Shown here: positions 23,301 through 35,901 of the stretch, piece after piece
How positions within the stretch are numbered: the first letter of the stretch is position 1
Layout: every line of letters starts with the position of its first letter
Source of the DNA: Heptranchias perlo
Taxonomy: Eukaryota
DNA: 64,000 nt
Assembly: GCF_035084215.1 (NCBI RefSeq)
Contig: NC_090347.1
Span: 7,192,001 to 7,256,000 of the forward strand
Direction: 5' to 3'
Translations under genes and position numbers: made by a program
Notes under the pieces: generated by a model
Databases searched by the model: none
What the model saw: the letters and a program-made list of their open reading frames with translations, nothing else
Told to the model about the DNA's origin: nothing

Positions 23301-26300
23301 AATTTGACATACACACTTAATTGCAAATGTATACAACTAAATTACAAGTGTTATCTTTAATAGGGGACAAAACTAAATGGACATTAAAACATTACTACTT
23401 AATTAGCTTTGAATACTTACAAGATCAACTTTGTTTCAAATTTGTCTGGAGCATGACCTAGCTATTTGTTTCAGGTGATGGATCACACTACAGAGACTTG
23501 GTTATCAAGTGTGGAGCTATTGACCCATTACTGGCATTATTGGCTGTTCCTGAATTATCAGCATTATCGGTGAGTTTTGTCTTTGTCATAGTGGGCTTGC
23601 TATTTAAACTTAATGCTAACAATTAAATGGCTAAGCTGTCTCTGGTGTCATGGTAACATTGTTATTTGCTGCTCCTAAATTTGGAGCATAACTTAATGTA
23701 ATAAACTGGACACTTTTGTAAATTTAGCCTATTTTGCAATCAGAAGGTTTGCTTGGCCCATAAAATGGGTTCACTAATGTCTTGCATTTGTTGCTAGATG
23801 TAGTAGTAACCTAGTGTTACATTTTAAATATGAACAAGTTTTCACAAAAGGTAGCATTGAGTTGGTGCTTTGTCCAACATTTTTTATTTCTCATTCCAGT
23901 CCAGCTATCTGAGAAACGTAACTTGGACATTGTCAAATCTCTGCCGTAACAAGAGCCCATCTCCACCAATAGAAGCAATAAAGCAGATTCTGCCAACCCT
24001 TGTACGCCTTCTGCACCATGATGACAAAGAAGTTCTTGCAGATGCATGCTGGGCTATCTCTTATCTAACAGATGGTTCCAATGACCGCATTGATGTGGTG
24101 GTGTATACTGGGGTTGTGCCACGCTTGGTGCAGCTGCTGGCATCATGTGAAATCACTATACTGGTAAGTGCAATTTTAAAGGAGAATCTTAACTGTACAG
24201 TGCTGTGCCAACCATCACTTAATGACAAAATTCATAGCAAATGGATATTCAGAGGTGTTGATAAAATGTAATCAGTATGCTGGATGGTTGCAGTGAATTG
24301 TTGGGTGAATCAGTGGAGATCTGTGCTTATTGAAGGGCTACAATTCTAAGTGCTTTATTTGAGAACAGACCACTTGAGCAGCACTTGCATCATTTCTTTA
24401 ACCTGTTTCAATTGTGGAAGTTGCTGAGTGTTGCTTGGACTTGGATACAGCCAAAGTTCAACCTCAAACATTACCTTTTTTGCTGGAGTGCAATTGACAA
24501 GAGCATGAACTGAGTTTCAGCATTCCTCAGCCAAATGAGATATGAACAGGCCAGTGGCAAGTAACTCTTGGGCTGTATTGAGTACCAGTAGCTTGTCGCG
24601 GTGTTGCATAGCTGCTTGTGGTAATTCAGTGGGCATCTCTCCCAGATGACCTTGCTGCTAATTTGCCAAGTTTAAAGGATGCCTTACTGATGGTGACAAC
24701 ATTTCCAAAGTCTATACTTTCCTACTTGGAAATTGGCAGTCATTGTAAAAGCCAGTCTAGCTGAATATAAAACTGCACCAGGTGACTTGCATCAATGAAC
24801 TGCCAAATCAAAAGTGTCAATGTTGATGTTTTAATTGTAAACTTGTTAACTAACAATTGTGCAGTCAAGTTAAGTCATGGACTCTCCAGCAATCTTATGA
24901 ATGCAGACAGGAAAAAACCTTCTGGTCTATCCACCCTGTCTCCCCCAATGTGATGTCATCAATATCCACTCCCCGCCCATAAGCCATGTAATTTCCTGGG
25001 AGGCTAAAAACCCAGGCCAATTTGGGGAGAGGAAGGAAATTCCCCTCCAACCCCTTGGGAGATCACTCTGGCCCTGATTTCTATGCATTACCTACCCTTT
25101 TCTTGTAAGAGCTGATCTCTGCCCCAGCCAGAAACAGGTCCAGCTCCTGCTTGAAGGAAATTCAGCAAATCAGCATCCACTGGATGAGCTGGCGGCCTGT
25201 TCCAGGCATCCACTATTCTCTGGGAAAAGAACCACCTCCTGAAATCTAACCTAGATCTGGCTTTATAAAACTTAAATTATAAAATAAAAACAGAAAATGC
25301 TGGAGAAGCTCAGCAAGTCAGGCAGCACCTGTGGAGAAAGGAAGTTAACATTTCAGGTCAAAGACCTTTCATCAGAATTGGAAGATATTACAGGGATTGT
25401 TAAAATTGTGACCCCATGTCCTCACTAACTTATTGGAACAAATTGTCAACTAGAACACAATCTGTCCCTGAATCTTAAACTTTGATCAGATCACCCCATA
25501 TTCTACACTTTAAAGTGTAAAGTCCCAGCTTGTTTAGCCTATCTTGATAACTTAAGATGCTTTAAATTGGAAATTTGTCTAGTGGCCCTCCTCTGCACAC
25601 ATTCCAAAACCTCTATCACCCACCATGAGACCACCAAAACTGGACAGTGTTCCAACTGAGGCCTGACCAAGTCTTGTACAAGGACAAAGTATTTTGTCTT
25701 TGTCAGTTGCCATATAAATGCATCACAACACCCTATTTTCTTTAGCTATTGCTTCACTACACTAATCAAACCTTTGGAGATCTGTGCACTACACCAGATC
25801 TTTATTTCTCCACCTGCTTTAATGTTTTTCCTGAAGGTTGTCTGTTAAGCATTTGCCTTGCCCACATGGATAACACTGCACTGCTTCAAATTAAACATTT
25901 GCCAGCCATGAACCCAATTCACCTGAAGCAGATTAACATTATCTACAGTCCTAACATGCACACAGATCTTGGTATCATTTGCCGATTGTCCCCAAACACC
26001 TACACTTAGATCATTAATAAAAATAGTGAAGAGCAACAGTCCTGACACTGATCCCTGTGGGACACTGCTGGTGACCAGTCACCAAACTGATCCAATCTAT
26101 CTAACTACTTTCTGCCTACAGCCTTCCAGCCAGTTCACAATTCAGCTCAATACAGTACCACTTGTACCAGAGGCTTAAATCTTGTAGCGAAGCCTCTTGT
26201 GTGGTACCCTGTCAAGCTTTTGGGAAGTCCAAGTGGACATTGTCTACTGGGCTTCCCTCATCCATCATCTTGGTGACTTCTTCAAAAAAATAATCAAATG

Positions 26301-29300
26301 TGCCCATTAAATGGAAACTCTTCTACTGAATGGGTCTTGGGACTGCAGACATATGTATAATTGGTAGTTAGATATCTATTGATTCTTTGTCCTGGAGGTA
26401 AATGAATAATTTGGTGTTGGGAGAGGCTGGTGCTTGGATATATTTAGCCAGTTCTTGGGCTGCAGCCTTCATAAGAGAATTGTTGAGTCAGGATAGTCAT
26501 GTACTGATTCACTTATTCGTGCAAATGTTTTTCCAGATCTCTAAACCAATCCTCTGTTTCAGACTCCTGGGCTCAGGGCAGTGGGCAATATAGTGACTGG
26601 TACCGATGACCAGACACAGATAGTCATTGACTCAGGTGTGCTGAACTATTTTAGTGCTCTGCTTGTCCACCCAAAGACCAATATCCAAAAGGAAGCTGCC
26701 TGGACAATCTCAAACATTACAGCTGGGAAGCCAGAACAAATCCAAGCAGTTATTGACAATGGACTAGTTCCACACCTTGTTCAATTGCTTAGAAAGGTGA
26801 GTAATGTAAATTATCTGTAGTCTTGGCTAATGTAGTCAGTCTAAAATTAACTGGGCTGGAAACTAATCTCCAGCATTACAGAAGTGATTGCTTAAATCAA
26901 TATAGTAAACATCCTGACATAGTAACAATTATTTCAGGCAGGAGAGGGTCCCTCCAGCTGCCCAACCCTTGCATCATTAAACTTGAATAGCAAGGAATTT
27001 TCAGATTTTTCCACAAAATATTCTTCATTAGTGACATCAGTTACTCCCTTAAATGGACATTGTGATCCCTAGGATCCAAAGTGCACATTTTCTCCTGAAT
27101 TTAGTTGACTCAGGGATTGAGAATGCTTACTTACTGAAATAATGTATCATATGAATTGTTCTCTACAGGAGACAAAAGCACTTTACTGAAATGCAGCAGT
27201 GTCAGAATAATTACAACAATACAGGAATGAACAGTATACAGCTCTGGTACAACCAATTTCCCTATGCCCCTGGTTATGAAAACTATTTTCTCAACATGGG
27301 ATCACCTTTTCTAGATAAGCCCCTGAAACAAACTAGTTCAGATTTTGAACATGTACAGTTTCTTGTAAAATCAGATTGCTCTGCCTCTCTGAATTTCCAT
27401 CTAAAGTCTGTGTGGACAAATGATTTAATAACCATCAGCCTTGATCCAGACATTTTGGCAAGAACTGAATGCTAGGAGTAGTGTTTAGTGAGTATTCCAT
27501 TATGCTCCTCATTTGAACCTTGAAGGGTCAAGAACCTGGTTGTCAGGCCAGTCTTTGCTGTTCCAGGACATCACTGCATCCTCAACAGTAGCCTTGTCCC
27601 AAGCATCTTTAGCTGCTTTCATCAATGATCTTCCCTCTGTCATATTAGGTGCAGGGCTGTTTGACAATTCTACAGCTCATTCAGAAAGCCTTGAATGAAG
27701 ACAGGGTGGTTGGGGCTGTGCATGTCAGCCTATAGCAGGACCTAGATGTCATCCAGGCTTGGTCTGACAAATGGCAGGTAATGTGCTTAAGTGTTGAGCA
27801 GCCCAACCCCCAGTGGCACCAATGAACTCTCCCACCATCAACATCCTGGGTTACCACTGATGAGCTGCTTAACTGGACCAGCTATTGTCAGCAGTGGATC
27901 AATGGGAGTGCCCTCTTCTCTACAAGGTTGAGTTCCAGCCTCGCTCCAGAGACTTGGGCATGTAATCTAGGCTGACACTTCAGTGCCTTATGAGATGTTG
28001 AGTCCCTGTCGCCAAACTGTTCCCCCCCACCACCCCTGCTTAACCAGGACTCTTGTGTATCTACAAGATGCACTGCCTTACTGTATTATACAGCATTTCT
28101 ATTAACTTGTGTAACTTATTCACAACTTTTATTTCACAGGGTGACTTTAAATCCCAGAAAGAGGCTGTCTGGGCTGTGACTAACTACACCAGTGGTGGAA
28201 CAATTCCACAAATCATCTATCTTGTTCAGACTGGAGTTGTTGAGCCATTAGTGGCCCTGTTAGCAGTCAAAGACTGCAAGACCATCCAAGTCATTCTAGA
28301 TGCTATTACTAATATCTTCCTGGTAAGGGCAACTGTTTAATACAATAGCATGTTAATACTATAACACAGCCACTAGGTGGGACTGTATGAGTGGAGTCCA
28401 ATGTGCCTAACCACAGGCAATTTTTCATCTGTAATTCTCAATGAATTCCCTGTGCTTTACATTATCTTGGGTACCTCAGTCAGATGTGGAGTAGTATGGA
28501 GACCCAGGAACTGGCCTCTTGTAACTCCCTAGCAGGTGAAATTGAGAAGCTACAATACCAAATGTAAAGCTGGAATTGGTGATCTTAGAGCACTGGTTGT
28601 TGTGATCATGTAAAATTCCTATGGTACTTTTTAAGTTGCTGTTTTTGGATAAGGACTTTGTTGAATAGCATATTAGCTAGTGTGCTAAAAGGGCTTAATG
28701 GATCTCAATTTGTACAAATTTAATTGATTTAGTACATTTAAACATCAGTGCTGTGCAAGCTGGCTGCATCCTAGTTATTGAACTAATAACTTAAGATGTA
28801 ATTTCAAACTAACGCACAAGTTTTTTCCTGATGTGCAAGATGGTTACAAGTGTAAGGAAAACTTTAGTCTGCTGCAGTGACATGAATACTGTAAATCAGC
28901 TTGATCTTATCAATACACTGCATGGGAAGTCTTGCAAACTAATGAAGTAGTAAGCTTCACTGGTATCTTTAAATTGTAGTTATAACTGGTTAGTGGTGCT
29001 TTTAAGAGGCTAAAATTTCAGATGTGAAATTTAGTTGGAATATATGCTCCATTACATAACTAAGCAATAGGGGGCAATGAACTAGAGAACTGCTCATCTA
29101 GTTGGACCAGGTGGCAAAATTGGATTCAAATTCAGCAATTTGAAGAATGAGCACCCCCCAAAAACTAGAAGGAATGATCAGCCAACCTCATAATTTGCAA
29201 CCTTTTGGAAAGGCTGCAGTGCTAAAGCTGAGCCAGTGTTCATACTGGACAGGCAGTCAGTTTGTACCTCAACCTAATTTTCAGATTGCTGTATTTGTTT

Positions 29301-30244
29301 ACTCCAGACTGCAGAAAAAGTTGATGAAACAGATAAGCTTTGTCTAATGATAGAAGAATGTGGTGGGCTTGACAAGATTGAAGCTCTGCAGTCCCATGAA
29401 AATGAATCTGTGTACAAAGCTTCCCTGAACCTGATTGAGAAATACTTCTCAGAAGAGGTAAGTTAAAGTACTTGAGATGTGGGGGCTGGTTTTAATGCAC
29501 TGTCTATTGGCCTTATTGGTGAATTGCAATCCTAATTTAACCTATTGAAAATTCAGCTTGAGTGGTGAAGGAATTAAACTAATTTACCAAATGTGACGGT
29601 GTTGCTGCTGATACTGAGCATGGGACACAGTGTTGGTTTTCTTCCTGTTCTGAGCTGCACCAAGCTGGGAATCAGGACACTAGTGGCCATACATGATAAA
29701 GGACAACTACATTAGTCCTACTTGAATGGTAACTTTCCTCAGCAGCTGACTAATGCAGGTATTGGAGATATGGCACAAACCATCCACAATCACAGCAGAA
29801 GCATAAATCTGAGTGGAATGAGGTTGGAACAAATTAGCAATGAAAACTAATCCAGATCAAGTGGGCCTTTCACTTGAGGTTTGACCAGCTTGCAATGTCT
29901 GTTGCCATTGCATGCATCAGTGGCTCGTGAAATGCAGTATTTGTAACTTGGCCTGTTCCTGGATACCAGAACAAGTATTTGTTTCACATGCTGGATTTTG
30001 ATTTAAGCTGCAATAAGATGTGAAGAGGCAGCTTCAATATAAAATTGGGCTCTTGCATGTAACTGTAGTGGTGTCTCAATCAAGCTTTCTATAAAAGTTA
30101 AACTTGGCTTCAAGTTAATCCATTGCATGAGCTCTAAATTTATTTCTCTCATAGGTGGAGGAAGACCAGAATGTTGTACCAGATGCCACAGAAGATGCTT
30201 TTACATTTCAGACTGAGAGCCCTGCTGTAACCTTTGACTTTTGA
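20288..30244 (+). CDS. KPNA2: Importin subunit alpha-1 (karyopherin alpha 2), complete spliced CDS, 525 aa
   Basis: join(20288-20359,20445-20582,20680-20762,22371-22639,23475-23569,23900-24163,26563-26796,28140-28322,29308-29457,30155-30244) = 1578 nt, all GT-AG and in frame. IBB domain [31 protein letters not shown] repeats, C-terminus VTFDF*. Confidence 0.97.
20445..20582 (+). CDS. KPNA2: KPNA2 coding exon 2 (IBB domain)
   Basis: aaag|[18 protein letters not shown]...EKNNTQ|gtaccg. Confidence 0.95.
20680..20762 (+). CDS. KPNA2: KPNA2 coding exon 3
   Basis: tttag|[27 protein letters not shown](R)|gtaag. Confidence 0.92.
22371..22639 (+). CDS. KPNA2: KPNA2 coding exon 4
   Basis: [12 protein letters not shown]...[18 protein letters not shown]...[11 protein letters not shown]|gtaac. 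Confidence 0.95.
23475..23569 (+). CDS. KPNA2: KPNA2 coding exon 5
   Basis: [32 protein letters not shown]|gtgagt. Confidence 0.95.
23900..24163 (+). CDS. KPNA2: KPNA2 coding exon 6
   Basis: [18 protein letters not shown]...[13 protein letters not shown]...CEITIL|gtaagt. Confidence 0.95.
24890..26290 (-). mobile_element. Degenerate CR1 in KPNA2 intron, with a Penelope-like family B fragment at ~25281-25390
   Basis: Remnants [19 protein letters not shown]. The family B fragment carries a hammerhead-like core on - at 25343-25379. Confidence 0.7.
26563..26796 (+). CDS. KPNA2: KPNA2 coding exon 7
   Basis: [19 protein letters not shown]...[13 protein letters not shown]...LLRK|gtgagt. Confidence 0.95.
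28140..28322 (+). CDS. KPNA2: KPNA2 coding exon 8
   Basis: [20 protein letters not shown]...[10 protein letters not shown]|gtaagg. Confidence 0.95.
29308..29457 (+). CDS. KPNA2: KPNA2 coding exon 9
   Basis: [50 protein letters not shown]|gtaagt. Confidence 0.95.
30155..30244 (+). CDS. KPNA2: KPNA2 coding exon 10 (terminal)
   Basis: atag|[29 protein letters not shown]. Confidence 0.93.
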   Translation: MEEDQNVVPDATEDAFTFQTESPAVTFDF

Positions 30245-30527
30245 ATGACCATTTCCTAACATCAGTGTTGGCCATGTTTTTGTTTCCTGTTTAGTGACTT
30301 TTCCTATCTTCTGGCTGTCAAACTTAGTCTAGCACCTGGCACTTAAAACATCTGACTCTTCCATGTACATTTGTATAAAACTTATTCACTGCCTGTCTGT
30401 AAACTTTTGTAATTACATTTTGATAGAATGTAAATACTTTTAAGAACAGTCTTAATATCTAACTATTTTGCCATCTTTGGTTTGGGTGTATTAGGACACC
30501 TTGTTGAAACATTTGCCTTTGGTTTCA

Positions 30528-30560
30528 AATAAAACTTTAATAAAGTCCTGAAGAAATAAA
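30528..30560 (+). promoter_or_regulatory. KPNA2: KPNA2 polyadenylation signals (three AATAAA)
   Basis: AATAAA at 30528, 30539 and 30555, ~290-310 nt after the stop codon. Confidence 0.7.
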
Positions 30561-33059
30561 TGAAATCTTATTTCAAATTGCCTCATGAAATTCCATGTTA
30601 ATGTGCAAAATGCAACCAAGAATTGAGGGGCAACTGTAGTTTGTATTTCAGAGGCTACTTTCATTGGCCTAATATTGATTTTTGTGACTGGTTCAAGGGG
30701 GAACTGAGCTTGTACTTTCCACCAATGTTGAGTAATGGATTTTGAATCACTGTCTTCAAAGAGTTTCAAAGTCTCCAATATGATTCAGCAGGAAATTGTT
30801 CCAGCTACAATTACATACCATCCCAATCTCTTCCTCCAGGCAATAGCCTGTAGGCTCATGGTTCTGCAGATGCTACCAGACTTGCAACCTTTAGTTATCA
30901 TTTGTAAATGAGTTGGCAAGCTGCTGATGAGCCTTCATTTCCTTACTGCCCTTTGGTAATTTCTTCCTCCCCTTCTCTAAGGTTGGTGAAGTTATTTGAG
31001 CAGACACTGAATCTATTATCAAAAAACAAGCAGAAAAAAGCTGGAAATCCTCAGTCAAACAGCATCTGTGGTGTGGGGGTGGTGGTAAAGTCAGTCAATG
31101 GACATTTCAACTTGATGTGAATAGGTGATTTGACAAATAAGTGGATCTTGAGACTTGGGTTAGCAGAATGGGCAGACAAGTGGCTGATGCAATTTAATGC
31201 AGAGAAGTATGAATACATTTTGGGAGAGGAAATGAGGACTAGTCAAGGGCCAATAGCATTTTGGTTTTGTACAAGAGCAGAGATTTGTAGTCTAAGAGCA
31301 ATCATTAAGTATTTTTAAGCCAGATGGTGTGGAACTAGTTCCATTGGAACAGAAATGGCTGAGGTAATTTAAGTTTCTAAATTATGAAAAATTTTGATGG
31401 GGTGAAGAGATATTGTGGTTGGAGTAGGGATGGTTAATAACTAAATGAGGTTTGGAGAAATTTCTGTATAGTTGAAATATGAAATACTTTGCCACGGAAT
31501 AGTTGAAGACTGTTAAGGAAAATTAAATATTTGAAGCAGAGGAAAACAGAGCATTGTGATCAGTCTCTGCCAATTTCCTTGTGGAATCAAAGGGTCAATA
31601 ACCATCCCCTGGTTCTAGGGTTAAGATTTCAAATAGCAGCATAGAGTACATTCATTTTTTGCAAAAATGAAAACATGTCTACATTTTGAGCAAAGTTGTA
31701 GTTTGGTGGTGGGGGAAATGCTTTGATACCACAGCAAGATAAATGATCCCTACAAAATTCAAAATCAGTCTGCAAATATATCCTGGAAATTGCACTGGTA
31801 CTATATTATCTTTAATCAATGATTGATCCTGCAATCAGATTTTGTAACAATTAGATGCATTGTTCCCATACAAAACTAGTTTTTTGTCCTATTTCTGGGC
31901 ATCCAGTGCACAATGCCACATGGGCCAGTGAATTTTAATTTGACCTCCACTGAGTGGATTGTTCTCAACTGGTAGGGGAAAATTTAACTGATGACCTGTG
32001 TAAGTGTGATCCTGATCTTCCCTTTCATTCTGCTCCACACTGTTTAAAACCAGCTCAATGCAAATTGCAGTATAAGTATTTCATCTTTCTCCTGGGAACT
32101 CTGCAGCCCTCTGATCTAAACATTGACTTAGTGACATCACTTTTTTAGAAGCCAGGTACTGGGGCTGTGCAAGGGTCTGAGGAAGGTGGGCTTACATCAC
32201 AAACTCAGCACTGGTAGTGTTCACCTGCCTTTCCTTTCTCTAGCTACTGATCACCTGTTTTGTATTCCCAATATTGCCTTTTAAAATTTATTTTCCTGTG
32301 TTCAGTTTTTCCCTATAGCTATTTTCCTGCTCTTAAGTTTATCATGCTTTTCTGAGAATTACTTTTGACCTCTTTCCTGCTTTTGAATGGAACCCATTTG
32401 AGTATTCAACCATTATCTTGCTTCCTTTTTGATTCCCATTGTTTTGTTTAGTTCCATTTAGTGTTTTGCTTTATTGATCCAGTTCTGATGTAGGATCCAT
32501 GTCCAAAACTGCATTTTTGCTTTACAACTGCTGATAGATCTGTTTTATATTTCCAGCCTATTCGGTTTTATTTTTATATTCTGTGGATGTGATTTGCCTT
32601 GTATGATATTTGGGGATTGTGTGGGCTGATGTCCTGTGATAAATAAGTTAGAGAAGTTTTCCTGTGATTTTTTTTCTTCTCCCCCCACCCCCTGCACGTG
32701 TTCAATTCTGGCACTGGTCTGCTCTATTATGTGGATGATGTTAGTGCGAAGAGTCGAGACCAATCTACAACGTAGGAAATCTTTTTGTCCTCTCCTACTT
32801 CAAGATGAGCCTGGGTCACTAGGCAGATTTCTTAAGTTCTAGAACTCAAAAAACCAGTGCTTTAACTGGAAAATCTCCAAGGCAAGTGATGCTTTTTGGT
32901 GTTCTCAAAGAATATAATAAAGATTAGGGGTTACTTGGTTGAAGTTACCTTAAGGCCACTATAATAACCTTGATATTTTTGTCTGTTCTGGAGTTTTCCT
33001 ACCAGATGGATTGGACTTAGTGGCCCAGAGCTAAGAAACCACTTGAGTTTCTAAATTAC

Positions 33060-33960
33060 CTACAAAATACATCAGAATGCTTTGAGACATTAGACAAAAA
33101 AGTGCAGTCGTTGAACAGAACAGGAGGGGGGAGAAAAGGGATGGGAGTGGAAACGTCTTGTTTAGCAGGTCCTTTGAAAGCAGATGATGAGGTGGTGTTG
33201 AAGGAGGGGGATCCAGTGATTGGGGGGGTGTAATGGCTACTAAAGGTGCAGAAGAGGGAGCAGAGAAAGTGAAGCAAAGCTTAGATACAGGGATGTATAG
33301 GTAGAGGAGATTGCTGAGGTAGGGTGGAGTGAAACCCTGGGGGGATTTGAAAGGACAGTACCAGGCTCTGAAAGTCAATTTGCTGAAGCTTGGGAAGCCA
33401 GGGCGGTTGGTGAGGATAGGATGAAGGGGGGAGCAGGCTTTTGCGTGTGATACAATGCATACAATAACATTCTAGATGAATTGCAATTTGTGAAGGGTAG
33501 AAGCCAGGAGGCCAGCCCAGGTTTCATTGGAGAAATTGAATGTGGAGGTTATAAGGCATGGATTAGGGTTTTAGTAGGAGCAGAGTTGATGTCTCATAGG
33601 CAACCTTGGTAATAGACTGGGTGTGGTGGAAGGAGTGGAACTCTGGACCAAGCAGTACACAAGTTGCACATTTCATAAGCCTAATGAATGGCAACCAAGG
33701 AGGTTAATGGAGTCTACGGCCAAGGTGTGTAGATACCTATGGGAGCTGAATACGCAATTGGAGAGAATGGTAATGGCCTTCAGGTTGATGGAACAAGCTG
33801 AGAGGTAAAGTTGAGTGTTGTCAGTATGTGGAAGCTGACCTCATATTTTGGATGATATTGCCAAGGGGAGGCACATAAATGATAAAAACGAGGGGACTAA
33901 GGAAGGTGACAAAGTGAGCACTGGAGGAGAGCTATTGCAGGGAATGTAAAGGCTACAATG
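33060..33960 (-). mobile_element. Degenerate L2-type LINE
   Basis: Purine-rich + strand with gtagaggagattgctgaggtaggg and ttgagtgttgtcag..tgtggaagctg (YADDTQL region reversed). Similar fragments at ~54660-55130 and ~62130-62450. Confidence 0.6.
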
Positions 33961-35261
33961 TGACATACACCTCTAGGCGAGAGAGGGGAAATAAATCAGA
34001 CAATGATCATGATTGTTATCCAGGGACCTTCGCTGGAAAATTAATGTATTTGGATGTTGGGCGATGGCCATCAGCCTCCGATTGCTGGTCAGATTTCTAA
34101 AGTTAGAGCTGATGGGGTAGTCAGCTGTTTTCATTTTTAAAATGAAAAGCAGTGAAGTCGGATGCTTGAGGTTTTTATTATTCTCAGGAATGTAACCATA
34201 AAAGATCAGAGCTGATAGGAGTGAACTATAAGGGAACAATGTTCAGGGAGAACACGTTTAGCCTAGGCTTTTGTTAGTTTCCAGCATTCCCAAAGTCTGT
34301 TCCTTTTATTTCAACACAAAGCTTGGGCTGCTTGATACTGGTGGCAAGTTGGAAAAGCTGAAATCTTGTGATTTTCTTTCTGTGAACCTGATGTAAACGA
34401 TTTGCCTTTAGGTACAATGGTCATGACTTTGAAACTGTGTTGTGTGAACCAGGGTTCCTATTATCTTTAGAGTTTAAACTCAATTGCATTACGATTTAAT
34501 CTAGAAATAAGGCTGTTCAGTCAATCTAATATTGCAACTGTCAAATTACAATTTTTTTCTTCCTCTTTGAATGCTTCAACTGAATTCACATTCAGTGGCA
34601 GCCTATTCCCTAAATTAGCTTAATTTTAAGTTGTTGACCATTGTTTAGCTTGGTGTTCTCCAGTCCTTCTCCCTTGGTTCAAAATAAAGGACCTCTCAAT
34701 TTGCTTCAATTTCACAGTTTTAAAAATAATATTCACTGTCCATAGCATTTTCATGGCTCATGATCTGGTCATTTTGTTTACACTTTCAGGCTATTGCTGC
34801 TACTACGTATTTAAAGCTATTGTCACTAATGGAAAATGATTTTACAATCTTTGATTTCACTGAGGAGGGTTATTAAGAAGCGAGGTACCACACTGGCATT
34901 TGGCATGAGTATATGGCGCACGTTATCAAATTATTGTCTAAGCTGTTCTTATAATTTCACCAAATTAAGAGGTGTCTCTGCATTCAAAACCTCATGTCAC
35001 TTAGATGCCAAATGGATCCCAAGAAAAGTCAACTCTATGGGATTGAGATGTTGAATTCCTCATAGTCAAACCGCATTGTTTGTTCTCTTCCTATCAATTG
35101 AGAGACCATCATCCCCAGTAGAATCAGAACATGCTTCATGGTGTTCTGGCCAACACTGATCCCTCAACCAACACTTCCAAAAACTGATTAACTGGCCATT
35201 TATCTCATTGCTGTTTGTGGAACTTGCTGTGTGCAAATTGGGAGCTATGTTTGTTTACATT

Positions 35262-35499
35262 ATTGTAAACAATTTTACAACACCAAGTTATAGTCCAGCA
35301 ATTTTATTTTAGATTCACAAGCTTTCGGAGGCTACCTCCTTCCTCAGGTGAACGATGTGGAAATCCACATCGTTCACCTGAGGAAGGAGGTAGCCTCCGA
35401 AAGCTTGTGAATCTAAAATAAAATTGCTGGACTATAACTTGGTGTTGTAAAATTGTTTACAATTGTCAACCCCAGTCCATCACCGGCATCTCCACATCA
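35262..35499 (+). mobile_element. Penelope-like family A fold-back insertion: perfect palindrome 35262-35463 plus 3' tail
   Basis: Two 100-bp perfectly complementary arms around a 2-nt spacer (35362-35363). 12-bp direct repeat TGTTTACATTAT at 35252-35263 and 35500-35511. Inserted in a DeuSINE (~35140-35600). Confidence 0.9.
35374..35410 (+). ncRNA. Minimal type-I hammerhead ribozyme motif (mirror copy on - at 35315-35351)
   Basis: UCAC-CUGAGGA-A-GGAGG uag CCUCC-GAA-AGCU-U-GUGA: helix I UCAC/GUGA, intact core, 5-bp helix II, palindromic AGCU helix III, CUU cleavage triplet. Confidence 0.75.
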
Positions 35500-35686
35500 T
35501 GTTTACATTATAACAGTGACAATACTCCCAAAAGTATTTCATTGATGGTGAAGCACCTTGGGACAACCTGAGGACACAAAAGGCACTGTGTAAATGGGAG
35601 TCCTCACCTTTACTGGAGGAGTGGGCATAAGGTAAGTTACCTTTCATTAAGATAGGGGATATCTAATGACTGTTCTATTTTCAGTT

Positions 35687-35901
35687 ATGATGTGGAGATG
35701 CCAGTGATGGACTGGGGTTGACAAATGTAAGGAATCTTACGACACCAGGTTATAGTCCAACTGTTTTATTTGAAAATCACAAGCTTTCGGAGGCTTTCTC
35801 CTTCGTCACACTCACCTGACGAAGGAGAAAGCCTCCGAAAGCTTGTGATTTTCAAATAAAACAGTTGGACTATAACCTGATGTCGTAAGATTCCTTACAT
35901 T
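35687..35901 (-). mobile_element. Penelope-like family A fold-back insertion
   Basis: 86-bp arms 35723-35808 / 35817-35902 with one mismatch and an 8-nt spacer. 11-bp TSD TATTTTCAGTT (35676-35686, 35902-35912). Confidence 0.9.
35812..35848 (+). ncRNA. Minimal type-I hammerhead ribozyme motif
   Basis: UCAC-CUGACGA-A-GGAG aaagc CUCC-GAA-AGCU-U-GUGA. Confidence 0.75.

Noticed and set aside
20288-30244. KPNA7 rather than KPNA2
   Set aside because: N-terminus, IBB and C-terminus match KPNA2, as do the C17orf58 and SMURF2 neighbours.
32480-32545. Additional hammerhead (gttctgatgtagga...tccaaaac)
   Set aside because: Core is mutated (CUGAUGU, no GAAA); decayed family B-like copy.
35262-35463. microRNA precursor or DNA-transposon MITE
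   Set aside because: Unpaired 3' tail, 11-15 bp variable TSDs and non-palindromic relatives point to an inverted retroelement end. Small-RNA production is not excluded.
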